A stretch of 64,000 bases of DNA from a virus. Its lineage: Duplodnaviria > Heunggongvirae > Uroviricota > Caudoviricetes. Location of the stretch: IMG/VR virus record IMGVR_UViG_3300042256_000013, positions 224,001-288,000 of that record, one strand, 5' to 3'. The notes beneath the pieces were generated by a model. That model searched no databases, had not been told where the DNA came from, and was given only the letters and a program-made list of their open reading frames with translations. The position numbers and the translations under genes were made by a program. Positions 11,401 to 20,710 of this stretch are shown piece after piece (the stretch's first letter is position 1; the number at the start of each line of letters is the position of its first letter).

Positions 11401-14400
11401 TCGTAACAAGCCATGTAATGAATTGTCTCGTACTATTCAAGACCCATCGCAGCTAAATGCTCCTTGGTTCTCACCAATTAGTCAAAATTCATTCATCATT
11501 AGTGGTCTTCAACAAGAAATTACTGATGATAAGAGCATTCTAAGTATTACATATCAAAATGATGCTACTGAAGTTATTAAACATGAGCAGTATCAATTAT
11601 GTAAAGAAGGAATGGATTATAACTTCAATCCTGTTATTTGGAATTCAATGTGGAATTCTTTGATTTCTCAAGAAACTTTACCTAACGGTACAGTACTTGA
11701 ATTGAATTATCCAACTAATGATACTGGTATTTTACCAGGGGAAACATGGTTCGAAGATGTAATTGAAGCTCGTAGAACATTCGTTGATTCAGCGAATGCA
11801 ATTTACAAAACAATTAACGTAACAACTGATGCTGTAACAATGGCTGATGTGTTTAACGTAAAAACTGTAGAAGATAATCCAAATCTTATCAGTTTTAAAG
11901 TACTAAACTATAATAACGAACTTGTAATTAATCCTACAACGGATGCATTCGTTGAGAATGATGCAGTACTTGTAAGTTCAAATGGTACTCTACCAGAGCC
12001 ATTGAATTCAACAACAGTGTACTTCGTCCACTTCGATGAAAATAATTATATTCGTTTAATGAACTCACCAAGTACTGGTGGAACTGCTGTATATATTACA
12101 TTAGAAAATCGTGGTGAAGGTCAACATAAGATGATTAAACAATCAGATTATATTGAATCACTTGGAACATCACTTGATATGACTCAATACTGGACACTAG
12201 CTGACTGGTATGACATTGGATATAATGAAAATACTACATACACTGATGAAACAAGCATTGATGTAGCTAATACCAAAAATTATCAAGAAGGTGACGTTAT
12301 TCGTATTATCGATGCAGATGGTGTTTGGACATTATATGTTAAAACATTATCAAGACAAGTTGTTATTTGGCAAGCTATCGCACGTCAAAACAGTACAGTA
12401 GCATTGAATAATCAGTTATACAACAACTACGAAAAATATAATTCAGATGGTTCATTGACTAATGTTGAGATTAACGTTCGTAAGGCATTAGCTTTACTCA
12501 AAAATTCTTTCAACACTACTCAAAGTCGTTTAGTATTTGACATGGTTAAGTACGTTCATACTGAACAAACTGTAGTATCATGGGTATTCAAAACATCTTA
12601 TATCTATATTGTTGGTTTAGAGCAATCTTTACAACAAAATAGCAGTACTGATAATTTGATTAATCAAATCGTTGAATATTTTGAAGAAGTTAAACCATAC
12701 AGAACTAAAATTCGTTCTCAGATTGAACAGAAAACCTCTAATACCGACCAAATGACAGGTATCAGTAATGATTTAGATCCTAACGGATATGTCTTTGTAA
12801 ACGGAGCTTGGGTTAAAACTCAACCTGATATTTGGGATTATGAGTATGCTCAATTTAATACAACAACTGGAAAATGGGAAATTGTAGGTTCACTACCAAG
12901 TAATTTCACACCACCGAATCGTCGATTCCAAGAATCGTATGAATTGATGGTTTATGATAATTTCCAATGTACACCAGATGATGATTTAGATGATGCACTT
13001 ACTTTAGAAGCAATTAATAATTCTTACATGAGTAATTCAAATGATATTCTAACTTCAGGCAATCATTATAAACTTCAACGTTATTCATTTACATATCCTG
13101 TAATTGACAACGCAGCAATTGATAATAATGTATTATCTGGAATTAGTGCGATTTATCCTGATATGAATCTTGATTTACCACTTGAAGATGCTATTAAAGC
13201 TAAACTTGTTGAATATAAAGATGATGTACAATTATCTGAACAATTCGATAATGATCTTCAACGTGTATATGAATCTGTAATTGGTTCTGAACCTACTGTT
13301 ACAACAGCAACACAATATGGTCAATATAATACATTAGCTAACCGTCGCAGATTGTATACACAACTAAGTGATAGTACTATTTCTCAAGAAATGAACTGTC
13401 CATTTAAAGGACGTGTATTATCTGACAACTTGAACACTCGTTTACCATTTGGTTACTCCGGTTCTAATGGTGAAACTTATGGATATGCTCTATATAGTCG
13501 TGAACTATATGAGAAATTTGTATCTCTTGTTCAAGAAGCTAACCCAACATTCACTGATGATGAAATCAATAATTACCTCGTGTATGAATATGGTTTATAT
13601 CCTTGGAAATATGACATGGGAAGTACTGATGCTAATACTGGTGAATTGAATGGTAAAAACTATCTTGATACATTATATGTTCTAACAGCAATGTTGAACA
13701 CATATAATCCAGATGCAGTTGATACATTCGAAATTGCTCGTCAAATTTTGGCAAGACCAACGATTGACATGTACTGTATGGTTATGATTCCACGTAAACT
13801 TGCTTTTGTTAAGAATGTTAATACTGATGAATTCTTATCCGTTCCGATGGATATAAGTTTAGATGAATTTATGCAAACTGCATTGATCGTGAATAATGAT
13901 GTAATTGCACTTACTGATATAAATCTAAATGATTTAGAACTTGATATTAATAATCCGTTGTATGATGAAATTCAAGATGTATTAACTGGTTTTAATGGAT
14001 CACAATTCCTTAATGATGCTAATGCATTTGATAGCTTCGGTTTAGATTCTCAAACTAAAAATATTACATATTATGCGTCTGGAACAGTTAACACTACTCA
14101 AGACCCAACATTTGTTGATATTACTGAAATCAATCCTCTTGGCCTTGATTCAGCACAATTGAGATTCACGGTTAATGGATATGGGTACGATACTTCTGGT
14201 AACTTACAACTTAAATCATTTGGTAACTTCCAAATTGAAGGACATGTTCTATTGAACCCTTACAATACTAAGGAAGCTATAGTGAGTATTCCTCGCTATA
14301 ATCAAGCAATTGAATATATGCAAAGAAATTTGATTTCTAGAAATGAAATTCGTTATTCTTATAAAGTACAAGATATTATCAATACTACTGGTACTGTTCG

Positions 14401-15430
14401 TCTTGTTCAGGATAATGACTTCGTTGTTGGTGAGAAAGTGATGGTGTTTACGCCTGAAGCTTTAGATTATGATGTTAATATGGCTGATGGAACTTGGCAA
14501 ACAATTCTACCAGTTGCTAATATCAAAACTGGTACTAGACCGAAGATTTATACTATCAGTTCTGTAAGTAATGATACAATTCGCTTAGGTGGATTTACCA
14601 CTTCCAGCACGTATGATAGTGAATCTGATGCTCTAATGAATCCAGGAAAACCAACAGCAATTACTATTGTTCGTATCACCTCTTTCAACGATGCGTCGTT
14701 TGTTAGTGGTAGTATTGCAAAATACAGTACTGACCGTTCATATCGAATTGATATTCTTGATTATGACTTGTTCTATGATAGAATGCTTAAGAGTGAAACG
14801 TATACTGATAATTACAGTACTGATGATTACGATGATTGGTACGTTTCTAATGAAATAGTTGATGTTAATGGTGTTGAAGTTGACCACGGATATTATCTAC
14901 CAATTTATGGTAAAGGTGTACTAAGTGAACTTGTTCGTACTAAAATGGATGACAGTCTACAAATATTCGTTTACGAATATTCAGATATTAATCCTATTAA
15001 AAGTGGTAACACTTGGACTTACAGTGGAACTTTAGTTGATAATGTTTATATAAGTGATAAAGACTCATCATTAGTTGTTGCAATTTCGGATTCATTACAA
15101 CATCTGGAATATGTATCAGTACCAACACATGTTGAAAGTACTTCTATCACCGATGGTATTTTGACAAGCACAAACTCTGTTCAAGCAGATTTGATCGCAG
15201 TTAATAATGAAGTTGTATTACTACGCAATAACAATAACATGTTAAGATCTATGTATAATACAGTTGAAAACAATTATGAAGCAGGAACAACATATACTAA
15301 ATTAGGTGTTATTCTTGGTAAAGAGGAAAATATGGATGTGTATGCAAACAATTACCCTCAAATACCATTGAGTACATTTAGTAATGGTTATGTAGTGAAT
15401 GGGGCAGTAATTGGACAATTACTACAATAA
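5411..15430 (+). CDS. Giant (3339 aa) baseplate/virion structural protein
   Basis: 10 kb ORF after gp6-like gene, late-promoter motif, GGAG RBS before ATG 5411, EVKPYRTKIR motif seen in large baseplate wedge proteins. Confidence 0.7.
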   Translation: MANEFKFQASKVAEAVNQKLFIKRLPEWMQGLEQIQMFCDDIIQQWFNPADEEIVDGYIGDRGTPAAAGKIFLNELDLQRQDYQFSPAYVSRNDDTSVRSLQFYPDLVGYLEHYGALTENQARLLSGKYYSWTPPINPNKLQNFSSYLWDTENEYGISPDYIVMERGALNGNTWSLQNFWYTIGQTLPDGTIVTEQMAQGTRFSRAQAPIIEFNKNIELINYGTKYRGEVDYLSDSIKPEDIVQKNVSNNVRVDGYILQAGDRILFTSIGNSGENNRIYKVYIKQMADGSRVYGLVLDEDEETIERPTGEPLVGDVILVRSGNTYGNTAVYWNGREWTEAQAKTGTNVFPIFQLYDKNGIKLDNSTVYPNSTFAGSNLFGLKINYNYGMDKIYQKHVELSDYNYYIFENFLQTIRYTYSKAGALTEIPGLYFYNVISVDSNGETVQNLHSDWVRSTEESKQTVRQVPEVTKSSMYRVFNTVTEMTLFKNPVENMYAYVIENDNTYKYFKPDNSTFMKWNFITDVAIQSDMYKTTYELAQKIDPNNTEETIEVFFNGTKTFDYTTKLTSTGLIDSIVFNSTTTIVEDSIIEIVTYSPTKVPDLELGSYQIPINLQNNPYNDFVDYIHQGEYTPHFLDIIGKNITTGSVNDLNNYEIRLEAGLVDNSVGTKIIQNETSLLPLMLHSANENLDLFSAIIFTQYEYFRFKNKFNTQMMKMYTNDPASFMSESASNIVDMIFSAINVGKDNSFPFSLDNVGSNTTTNKTFIPPTPQFLGILKAYTPEKATYVHVGSSIGCYNIDHMGVISKAYRVINGVDLMDDVIYELENRIFSSIDNTFKAIDFVPAMDSEFLKPTPYFENTAYSSDEYNSLELRGYVNFIATQGIDNSTHSYDQSNWMTWNYTGTTYVVAGQPTDIPARGSWRAIYTDMFGTYRPATHPWEMFGFAQRPDWFNQEYEPTKVRLGTSSSEYVYVYTAYVTDEQGDLVPSGLWDTTSGQGDASTGTILHGKRAGQYNQYKRFGTQPFELVSTGTFATDGEEIFELNLISPDVLGLVSGSLSHISEPWAYGDMGEMEFTYMNTVMYAYDKVMALLRAKPGQFANYFYDTKGSTVQQITSDGYQFLYGDTNKRLNFNSSTVVHGENNQRILGYQTWVSDYLTYQNKNITTNYGDVLRSSYINVGHRIGGYTKQDQLTFSSDSFGLVSQENQHIGLVKSSAFRDEALSAVKIQWTGSGYSISGYDLVGAKLNYKLPNKTGRRVSVTVGKRSVVHYNEYLEQYGSYEYGTLLKTFQEVYTFLCGYGEYLEDRGWIFEDVDADGVTQDWSVIGKDFISWSATAPAVGEFISVSPSTKNAKFGTAFGSVQSVTQFNGGVWSLLDDENSGIRPFEIDTSRIGNVFSVRIEDDIDKRMALIRVSVVSYEHAVIFDDKTIFGNNIYMPKYGVIHEMLKMYGYITGSWNGRLEAPGFIILEAGTMPDFEKLVDDFRSYYDTDHPVDNVTLRNLARHLIGFQTRDYISQMITSDTSQIDFYKGFIRDKGTNQVFERVLRVSKSYNTDNYKALQEWAFKIGEYGNIYGKKHLQFQLINNEFAQEPQMFTFDSDVSTDSTENNIVYYGTQGEDSRWITRPNGSFSFPVRTGRSERIHLPDIGPVTLDEVSYSTRDFTTAYADRLSFISNTDKTPTSVWVFRDMDNNWNIYELENTGITLSSITPIGEDSYTGNHCTLQLSAAHGMEDGDYFFFVDESEYMPDLLKAETQYFTTGSDPTSFVIPLDVTNTINFSDNNPVLYRYINRFSTAADKTAYITKKYSYEAPESTLFVRPTTYNDETNVTELYMNVYDPINGVIPGSIMTDITYVSPVDPAKYNSEDETIQAWGSEKVGLVWWNTTNAFFMDYTRPIYAADGTVDEEATNSYKRYNWGKLLPNSEINVLEWVSSPYPPYEWDKYCERQAKLNKDNTSWIPSGEAIDDFFSVFQEYDESTNAYKTVYYFWVKNAIYVPKVKNRNKPCNELSRTIQDPSQLNAPWFSPISQNSFIISGLQQEITDDKSILSITYQNDATEVIKHEQYQLCKEGMDYNFNPVIWNSMWNSLISQETLPNGTVLELNYPTNDTGILPGETWFEDVIEARRTFVDSANAIYKTINVTTDAVTMADVFNVKTVEDNPNLISFKVLNYNNELVINPTTDAFVENDAVLVSSNGTLPEPLNSTTVYFVHFDENNYIRLMNSPSTGGTAVYITLENRGEGQHKMIKQSDYIESLGTSLDMTQYWTLADWYDIGYNENTTYTDETSIDVANTKNYQEGDVIRIIDADGVWTLYVKTLSRQVVIWQAIARQNSTVALNNQLYNNYEKYNSDGSLTNVEINVRKALALLKNSFNTTQSRLVFDMVKYVHTEQTVVSWVFKTSYIYIVGLEQSLQQNSSTDNLINQIVEYFEEVKPYRTKIRSQIEQKTSNTDQMTGISNDLDPNGYVFVNGAWVKTQPDIWDYEYAQFNTTTGKWEIVGSLPSNFTPPNRRFQESYELMVYDNFQCTPDDDLDDALTLEAINNSYMSNSNDILTSGNHYKLQRYSFTYPVIDNAAIDNNVLSGISAIYPDMNLDLPLEDAIKAKLVEYKDDVQLSEQFDNDLQRVYESVIGSEPTVTTATQYGQYNTLANRRRLYTQLSDSTISQEMNCPFKGRVLSDNLNTRLPFGYSGSNGETYGYALYSRELYEKFVSLVQEANPTFTDDEINNYLVYEYGLYPWKYDMGSTDANTGELNGKNYLDTLYVLTAMLNTYNPDAVDTFEIARQILARPTIDMYCMVMIPRKLAFVKNVNTDEFLSVPMDISLDEFMQTALIVNNDVIALTDINLNDLELDINNPLYDEIQDVLTGFNGSQFLNDANAFDSFGLDSQTKNITYYASGTVNTTQDPTFVDITEINPLGLDSAQLRFTVNGYGYDTSGNLQLKSFGNFQIEGHVLLNPYNTKEAIVSIPRYNQAIEYMQRNLISRNEIRYSYKVQDIINTTGTVRLVQDNDFVVGEKVMVFTPEALDYDVNMADGTWQTILPVANIKTGTRPKIYTISSVSNDTIRLGGFTTSSTYDSESDALMNPGKPTAITIVRITSFNDASFVSGSIAKYSTDRSYRIDILDYDLFYDRMLKSETYTDNYSTDDYDDWYVSNEIVDVNGVEVDHGYYLPIYGKGVLSELVRTKMDDSLQIFVYEYSDINPIKSGNTWTYSGTLVDNVYISDKDSSLVVAISDSLQHLEYVSVPTHVESTSITDGILTSTNSVQADLIAVNNEVVLLRNNNNMLRSMYNTVENNYEAGTTYTKLGVILGKEENMDVYANNYPQIPLSTFSNGYVVNGAVIGQLLQ

Positions 15431-15431
15431 T

Positions 15432-15459
15432 AAAAAAGGGAGCCAATGGCTCCCTTTTT
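15432..15459. terminator. Bidirectional terminator
   Basis: A6-GGGAGCC-AAT-GGCTCCC-T5 between convergent genes. Confidence 0.85.
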
Positions 15460-15463
15460 GTTT

Positions 15464-17758
15464 TTAAACTAATTTGATTTCACCGTCTACGAAATCGAAT
15501 GTTGCAGTTCCGCCTTTCTTCAGAGTGCCAATCAGCATCTCTTTAGCAAGTGGTACACGAATCTTATCGTTGATGATACGTTTCATAGGACGTGCACCCA
15601 TTCCTGGAGTTACACCCTTTTCTGCCAGTTCTGCCTTAGCAGATTCAGTCAGAACGATATGAACATTACGGGAAGATGTTTCACCGTTCAGTTCACCAAT
15701 GAACTTATCAACTACGTTCAGAATAACATCTTGTCCAAGTTCGTTGAACTTCACAACACCATCGATGCGGTTCAAGAATTCTGGTGGTAAGTGTTGCTTG
15801 ATAGCAGCATCCATACCATCATCACCTGAACTATCCATACCCAATGACAGTACTGATGCATCACGAGCACCTAAGTTAGTGGTCATAATGATAGTAACAT
15901 TATCGAAGTGTACGGTCTTACCGTGAGAACCAGTCAAGCGTCCTTCATCCATTACCTGGAGGAAAGTAAGAAGTACTTTCTTATTTGCTTTTTCGATCTC
16001 ATCCAGCAATAAGATACAGTTCGGGTTTGCTTCAACTTTATCAAGCAGCATACCATTGCCTGCATCGTGACCTACGTAACCCGGAGGTGAACCAATCAAT
16101 TTAGATACGTTGAACTCTTGTGCGAATTCGGACATATCAAAGCGAATCAGTTCTTGACCCATTGCTTCAGCCAGTGCTTTCGACAATTCAGTTTTACCAG
16201 TACCAGAAGGACCAACAAACATGAATGCACCTTGAATAGTACTTTGACCACGTAGTCCTGCACGAGCAACCATTACGTTCTCTACCAGTTTTTCAACTGC
16301 CTGATCCTGGCCGAATACTTTCTTACGAAGGTTATCACCCAAGTTCAACATACGTTCTGATTCTTCACATGCAACAATTTCCAGTGGAATGTTTGCGATA
16401 CGTGATACTTCACCTTCAATATCAGCACGGACAATAGTCTTAGCTGGTTCAGGTTTAGTACGGTTACGAGCACCAGCAGCATCCATAAGGTCAATTGCCT
16501 TATCAGGGAAGCGTTTGTTCTGAAGGAACTTAGTACTCAATTCCAGTACTGCTTCCATCGCTTCAGGTGTGAATGTAACACTATGGAACTTCTCGTAAGT
16601 GGCTTTTACACCTTCTACGATAAGACGAGTTTCGTCTAGTGTAGGTTCCATAATATCGACTTTCATGAATCGACGTTGTAATGCTGCATCTTTTTCAATG
16701 TGTTTACGATATTCATCGTAAGTAGTTGCCCCGATAACGCGAATCTCACCACGAGACAATGCTGGCTTCAGCATATTGCTCATATCCAAAGAACCGCCAC
16801 CTGTAGCACCAGCACCCATAATAGTATGGATTTCATCGATGAACAGAATAATATCATCACGACCTTTCAGTTCTGATAACAGGTTTTCAACGCGTTCTTC
16901 AAACTCGCCACGGTACTTAGTACCAGCAGTGAATGCACCCATATTCAAAGAAAGGATTTCAACACCTTTCAGATCTTCAGGAACATTATCATTGGCGATC
17001 ATCTGAGCTAAACCATCAATGATTTGTGTTTTACCAACACCAGGTTCACCAACCAATGCACCATTACATTTGGTTTTACGTGACAGAATCTGAATCAAAT
17101 CTGCCAATTCGTTTGTACGACCAATCAGAGGGTCTAGTTTACCGTCTGCCGCAAGCTCAGTAAGGTTAGTTGTGAAACTTTCGATACTACGTTTTTGACC
17201 ATCGCCTTTACGAGAACTACGAGCACCAGAGACAAAAGGTTTATCTTCTTTTTCTGGTTCTTCGTCACGTGTTGCATCACGAAGATCAACATTATAGTTC
17301 CGACTATTGATGTAATTCTGCAATTCACGAGCAACTGCGGTACGACTTAGATCAAGTTCGGTAAGTGCAGTGTCCAATGCAGTGTGTGGGAATGACAGGC
17401 ATTCGAACATAATGAAATACGCCTGAATGGTGTAATCATTTTCTTTGAGTTGTTCGATAACTGCTTTCTTCCGTAATTCAATCATGATTTTAGTCATCAT
17501 TGATGATACTGGAGTCATATCAGCACCAAGTTGTTCTTCAACTGAATGTGGCAGTACTGGTGCTGGTGAGTTCGTCAAGAAATCAACAATACGGTCTTTC
17601 AGTTTTGCAGCGTCAACGTTAATATCATTAAGAAACTCAACGATGCTGGGTACATCAAGGGCAATAGCAGTAAGATGGTCTACAGTCATAATTGAATGAC
17701 CCATAGAACGTGCTAATGATTCACCTTCTTGATAAAAATCTTCAAAGCTATAGCTCAT
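15464..17758 (-). CDS. clpA: ClpA-like AAA+ chaperone/protease ATPase subunit
   Basis: Clp N domain, LDPLIGR, Walker A GEPGVGKT and GPSGTGKT, FIDEIH, LLLDEIEKA, KLIGSPPGYVG, MGARPM; no ClpB middle domain. Confidence 0.9.
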   Translation of the reverse strand: MSYSFEDFYQEGESLARSMGHSIMTVDHLTAIALDVPSIVEFLNDINVDAAKLKDRIVDFLTNSPAPVLPHSVEEQLGADMTPVSSMMTKIMIELRKKAVIEQLKENDYTIQAYFIMFECLSFPHTALDTALTELDLSRTAVARELQNYINSRNYNVDLRDATRDEEPEKEDKPFVSGARSSRKGDGQKRSIESFTTNLTELAADGKLDPLIGRTNELADLIQILSRKTKCNGALVGEPGVGKTQIIDGLAQMIANDNVPEDLKGVEILSLNMGAFTAGTKYRGEFEERVENLLSELKGRDDIILFIDEIHTIMGAGATGGGSLDMSNMLKPALSRGEIRVIGATTYDEYRKHIEKDAALQRRFMKVDIMEPTLDETRLIVEGVKATYEKFHSVTFTPEAMEAVLELSTKFLQNKRFPDKAIDLMDAAGARNRTKPEPAKTIVRADIEGEVSRIANIPLEIVACEESERMLNLGDNLRKKVFGQDQAVEKLVENVMVARAGLRGQSTIQGAFMFVGPSGTGKTELSKALAEAMGQELIRFDMSEFAQEFNVSKLIGSPPGYVGHDAGNGMLLDKVEANPNCILLLDEIEKANKKVLLTFLQVMDEGRLTGSHGKTVHFDNVTIIMTTNLGARDASVLSLGMDSSGDDGMDAAIKQHLPPEFLNRIDGVVKFNELGQDVILNVVDKFIGELNGETSSRNVHIVLTESAKAELAEKGVTPGMGARPMKRIINDKIRVPLAKEMLIGTLKKGGTATFDFVDGEIKLV

Positions 17759-17792
17759 GTGCTTCTCCTTGGTTTATTTTGCTCACTTGTAC

Positions 17793-17822
17793 ATTATAGC
17801 ACAAAAATTTTCTTCGTTCCAA
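17793..17822 (-). promoter_or_regulatory. Sigma70-like promoter of clpA
   Basis: TTGGAA-N18-TATAAT with TGTGC extension. Confidence 0.65.
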
Positions 17823-17862
17823 AAATAAATACGATATAAATTTCTTTTTGGAGATTAAGAAT

Positions 17863-19356
17863 ATGGCATATCAAATGTGGAAAAAAGGTCGTAATAGTAA
17901 TGACTACAACTTCTTTGACCGTTCTATTGCAGAGCAATATAGAATGGGTGGTACTGACATGTGGTTATACACGTATCAAGGACCAAAGGGCAATGAAGGT
18001 AGTACTGATGACACTTTACCTGATTTTAGTGATGGTAATGGAACACTTACAGATATTGGGGATATTGTTCTCGGCGAAACCGTTAACCGTTCCTACAGTA
18101 TCCAAGCTATCACACTACCAGTTGTTTATCAAGTTCAGGAAGCCACACCTGATTTAAAAATTAACGGCATAATGTATTTCAACTTCGACACGATGGATAT
18201 TTCATTGCATTATAACACAATGATGCAACGTGTTGGAAGAAAGATTTTGCCAGGCGATGTTATCGAATTACCTAACCTACGTGATTTCGATGTATTAGAC
18301 CGTGATGTAGGTATTAATAAATTTTATGTTGTTCAAGATGCGTTCCGATCTTCAACTGGTTATTCCGCAACTTGGCAGCATCATATATTCATGATTAGGG
18401 TTAAACCATTAACGGATTCTCCTGAATTCTCAGATATTACTGATGCTATTAATGAAGGATTTCCTGATAATCCAAATGATCCTAACAATGGAAATGGGTC
18501 AGGTGGAATCAGTACTGGAAGCTTCGAACTTGATATTATGAATAGAATTATTCAACAAGCAGATTATGAAGTACCATATATTCACTATACAAACGAACAC
18601 ATTTATAATGACTTAACCGACATTAATGAGTTGGCAAGGTATATCATAAGTGGATACGATTTTCCAGCGAATCCATCTAAAAACATGTTTTTCATAAAAG
18701 ACACACTACCTATCCTTTATGAGAAAGATATTGATGGTAATTGGGTTTCTGTAGAAACCAAGTATGGTACTAAGTTACCTTCTAGAGCGAAGGATTTTGC
18801 TTTCTTCTTCAAAGAAGATTCAGCAAGTGTTGCAGGTTATTCTTTGTATCAGTATTACAGTACAGATAAAAAATGGCTTAGCTGTATCCTTCCGTTCACC
18901 GATGAGGACAGTGTACCACAAGACGCTGAGGATTTCTACTGTTTTTACAAAAAACCTCAACTGTATCAGGTTCAGGACGATGGCGTTACATGGGTCATCC
19001 CACCAGAATCACATTCAAACGTACCATTCACTACTAAAGATATTGCTGGTAACAGAACCATTCACGATGATATTCGTTCTGCAATTCCACCAGCACGTGG
19101 TGATGTTGGTGAGGGAGTAGTTTTCCCAACGAATCCATCTGATGGTGAGTACTTCTATCGTACTGATTATGTACCAGTTACATTATGGCAATATAGTGCT
19201 GAAAAGTCAACTTGGTCACAATTCAACTACGGTGGTCGTTTACCTTGGACTGGTGCTAATATAGAACAAACCCGCTTCATCAATAGTCCTGATAGAGTTT
19301 CTATTCAAGATGTGGTTAAGCCAAACATTGTTAACAGACGAAAGGGAACTAACTAA
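17863..19356 (+). CDS. Neck/head-closure protein (gp14-like N-terminus) with C-terminal extension
   Basis: PGDVIELP, FYVVQDA; FPxNPS repeats; late promoter; directly upstream of gp15-like gene. Confidence 0.6.
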   Translation: MAYQMWKKGRNSNDYNFFDRSIAEQYRMGGTDMWLYTYQGPKGNEGSTDDTLPDFSDGNGTLTDIGDIVLGETVNRSYSIQAITLPVVYQVQEATPDLKINGIMYFNFDTMDISLHYNTMMQRVGRKILPGDVIELPNLRDFDVLDRDVGINKFYVVQDAFRSSTGYSATWQHHIFMIRVKPLTDSPEFSDITDAINEGFPDNPNDPNNGNGSGGISTGSFELDIMNRIIQQADYEVPYIHYTNEHIYNDLTDINELARYIISGYDFPANPSKNMFFIKDTLPILYEKDIDGNWVSVETKYGTKLPSRAKDFAFFFKEDSASVAGYSLYQYYSTDKKWLSCILPFTDEDSVPQDAEDFYCFYKKPQLYQVQDDGVTWVIPPESHSNVPFTTKDIAGNRTIHDDIRSAIPPARGDVGEGVVFPTNPSDGEYFYRTDYVPVTLWQYSAEKSTWSQFNYGGRLPWTGANIEQTRFINSPDRVSIQDVVKPNIVNRRKGTN

Positions 19357-20702
19357 TGAAACTAAATTATTATTATGACGGGCAATTTCGCCGCCTGTTG
19401 AAACATCTTATCAGAGTTTTCGGGGAATTTCAAGTTAAAAATGGCCTCGATGCGAATGGGAATCAAAAATATAAAACGGTTCCCTGCCGTTACGCTGATA
19501 TTTCAAGAATGGCAGCTTATATCATCAGTGGTGGTTCAGAAAACGTTTTACCATCTGCCCCAGGTATTACCATTAATGTACAGTCATTAAAACTTGATCG
19601 TCCAAATCTTCGTGCTCCTGCACAATATACTTCGGTCATGGGAACAAATGTTAGTCCTGAAGAAAATAAGTACATAAGTGAACTTGACAAGCAATATCAA
19701 ATTTCAAGATATAACCCTACTCCGTGGAAATTAGTTTTTAATGTTAATATATGGACAACTAACTTAACAAATAAATTAGAACTATGGGAACAAATAGCAA
19801 CATTATTCAATCCATCTGTTGTGTTGCAAGTAACAGAAAATCCATATGACTGGACTGGTACAGTAGATATTGAACTTACCGATTGTCAATTCAGTACGAG
19901 AGGATTTCCACAAGGTACAGATTCAGATTTAGATGTTATGGTATTAACGTTTGAATGTCCAATTTGGTTGAGTCTACCAGCTAATGTTAAACAAGCTAAA
20001 CTTATTCAACAAATTGTAACAAATATCAATACTGCTAAAGATGAATTAGAAATTGATTTGGGTAATTATTCTGATACTATTACTGATGTATATACTCCTA
20101 AAAATATGTGCATTTTGGTTAATAGATTAGAAACTTCCAATTCTCTTGAAACATATGAAGTAACTTTAGTAAGTTCAAGTTTGAATCCATTATCAAGTAA
20201 TGGCAAAATATATTCATGGGATAGATACCTTAAGTATCTTGATCCAACCTTTGAAGAAAAGGAACTGTATTTGAAATTCCAACAAGGTATTGAAGAAGTT
20301 AATCCTATTCGTGGAGATGTGATTCAAATGCCTACCGAAGAAGTTCCTAACAAACTAATTGTTCAAGTGGATTCATCTTTGTATAGCGGTAAGGGGATCA
20401 GTATAACATCTTTCATTGCAGAAAGCAACCAGTTATCGAAAGCTCTACCTGCTCAGTACTACATCAATATCGCAGAACATAACATTGAATATGGTGAAAC
20501 AACCATTAAACCAAATGATTTGTTCATGATAGGCAATGATCGTAATTCAGCGATTATTACTAATCCAGTTGATGTTGAAGGATACATTTATAATTCAGAT
20601 GATACCTACTATTATAGATATAATGAAGTTGTTGGCTGGCATCAATCAGTTCAAAACAAATACAGACAAGGTTATTGGAGAATTGCGTTCATAGACGCAT
20701 AA
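19356..20702 (+). CDS. Tail terminator / sheath stabiliser, gp15-like
   Basis: YYYDGQFRR...F, VPCRY, PTPWKLVFNVNIWT, EQIATLFNP. Confidence 0.75.
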   Translation: MKLNYYYDGQFRRLLKHLIRVFGEFQVKNGLDANGNQKYKTVPCRYADISRMAAYIISGGSENVLPSAPGITINVQSLKLDRPNLRAPAQYTSVMGTNVSPEENKYISELDKQYQISRYNPTPWKLVFNVNIWTTNLTNKLELWEQIATLFNPSVVLQVTENPYDWTGTVDIELTDCQFSTRGFPQGTDSDLDVMVLTFECPIWLSLPANVKQAKLIQQIVTNINTAKDELEIDLGNYSDTITDVYTPKNMCILVNRLETSNSLETYEVTLVSSSLNPLSSNGKIYSWDRYLKYLDPTFEEKELYLKFQQGIEEVNPIRGDVIQMPTEEVPNKLIVQVDSSLYSGKGISITSFIAESNQLSKALPAQYYINIAEHNIEYGETTIKPNDLFMIGNDRNSAIITNPVDVEGYIYNSDDTYYYRYNEVVGWHQSVQNKYRQGYWRIAFIDA

Positions 20703-20710
20703 GGATTATT

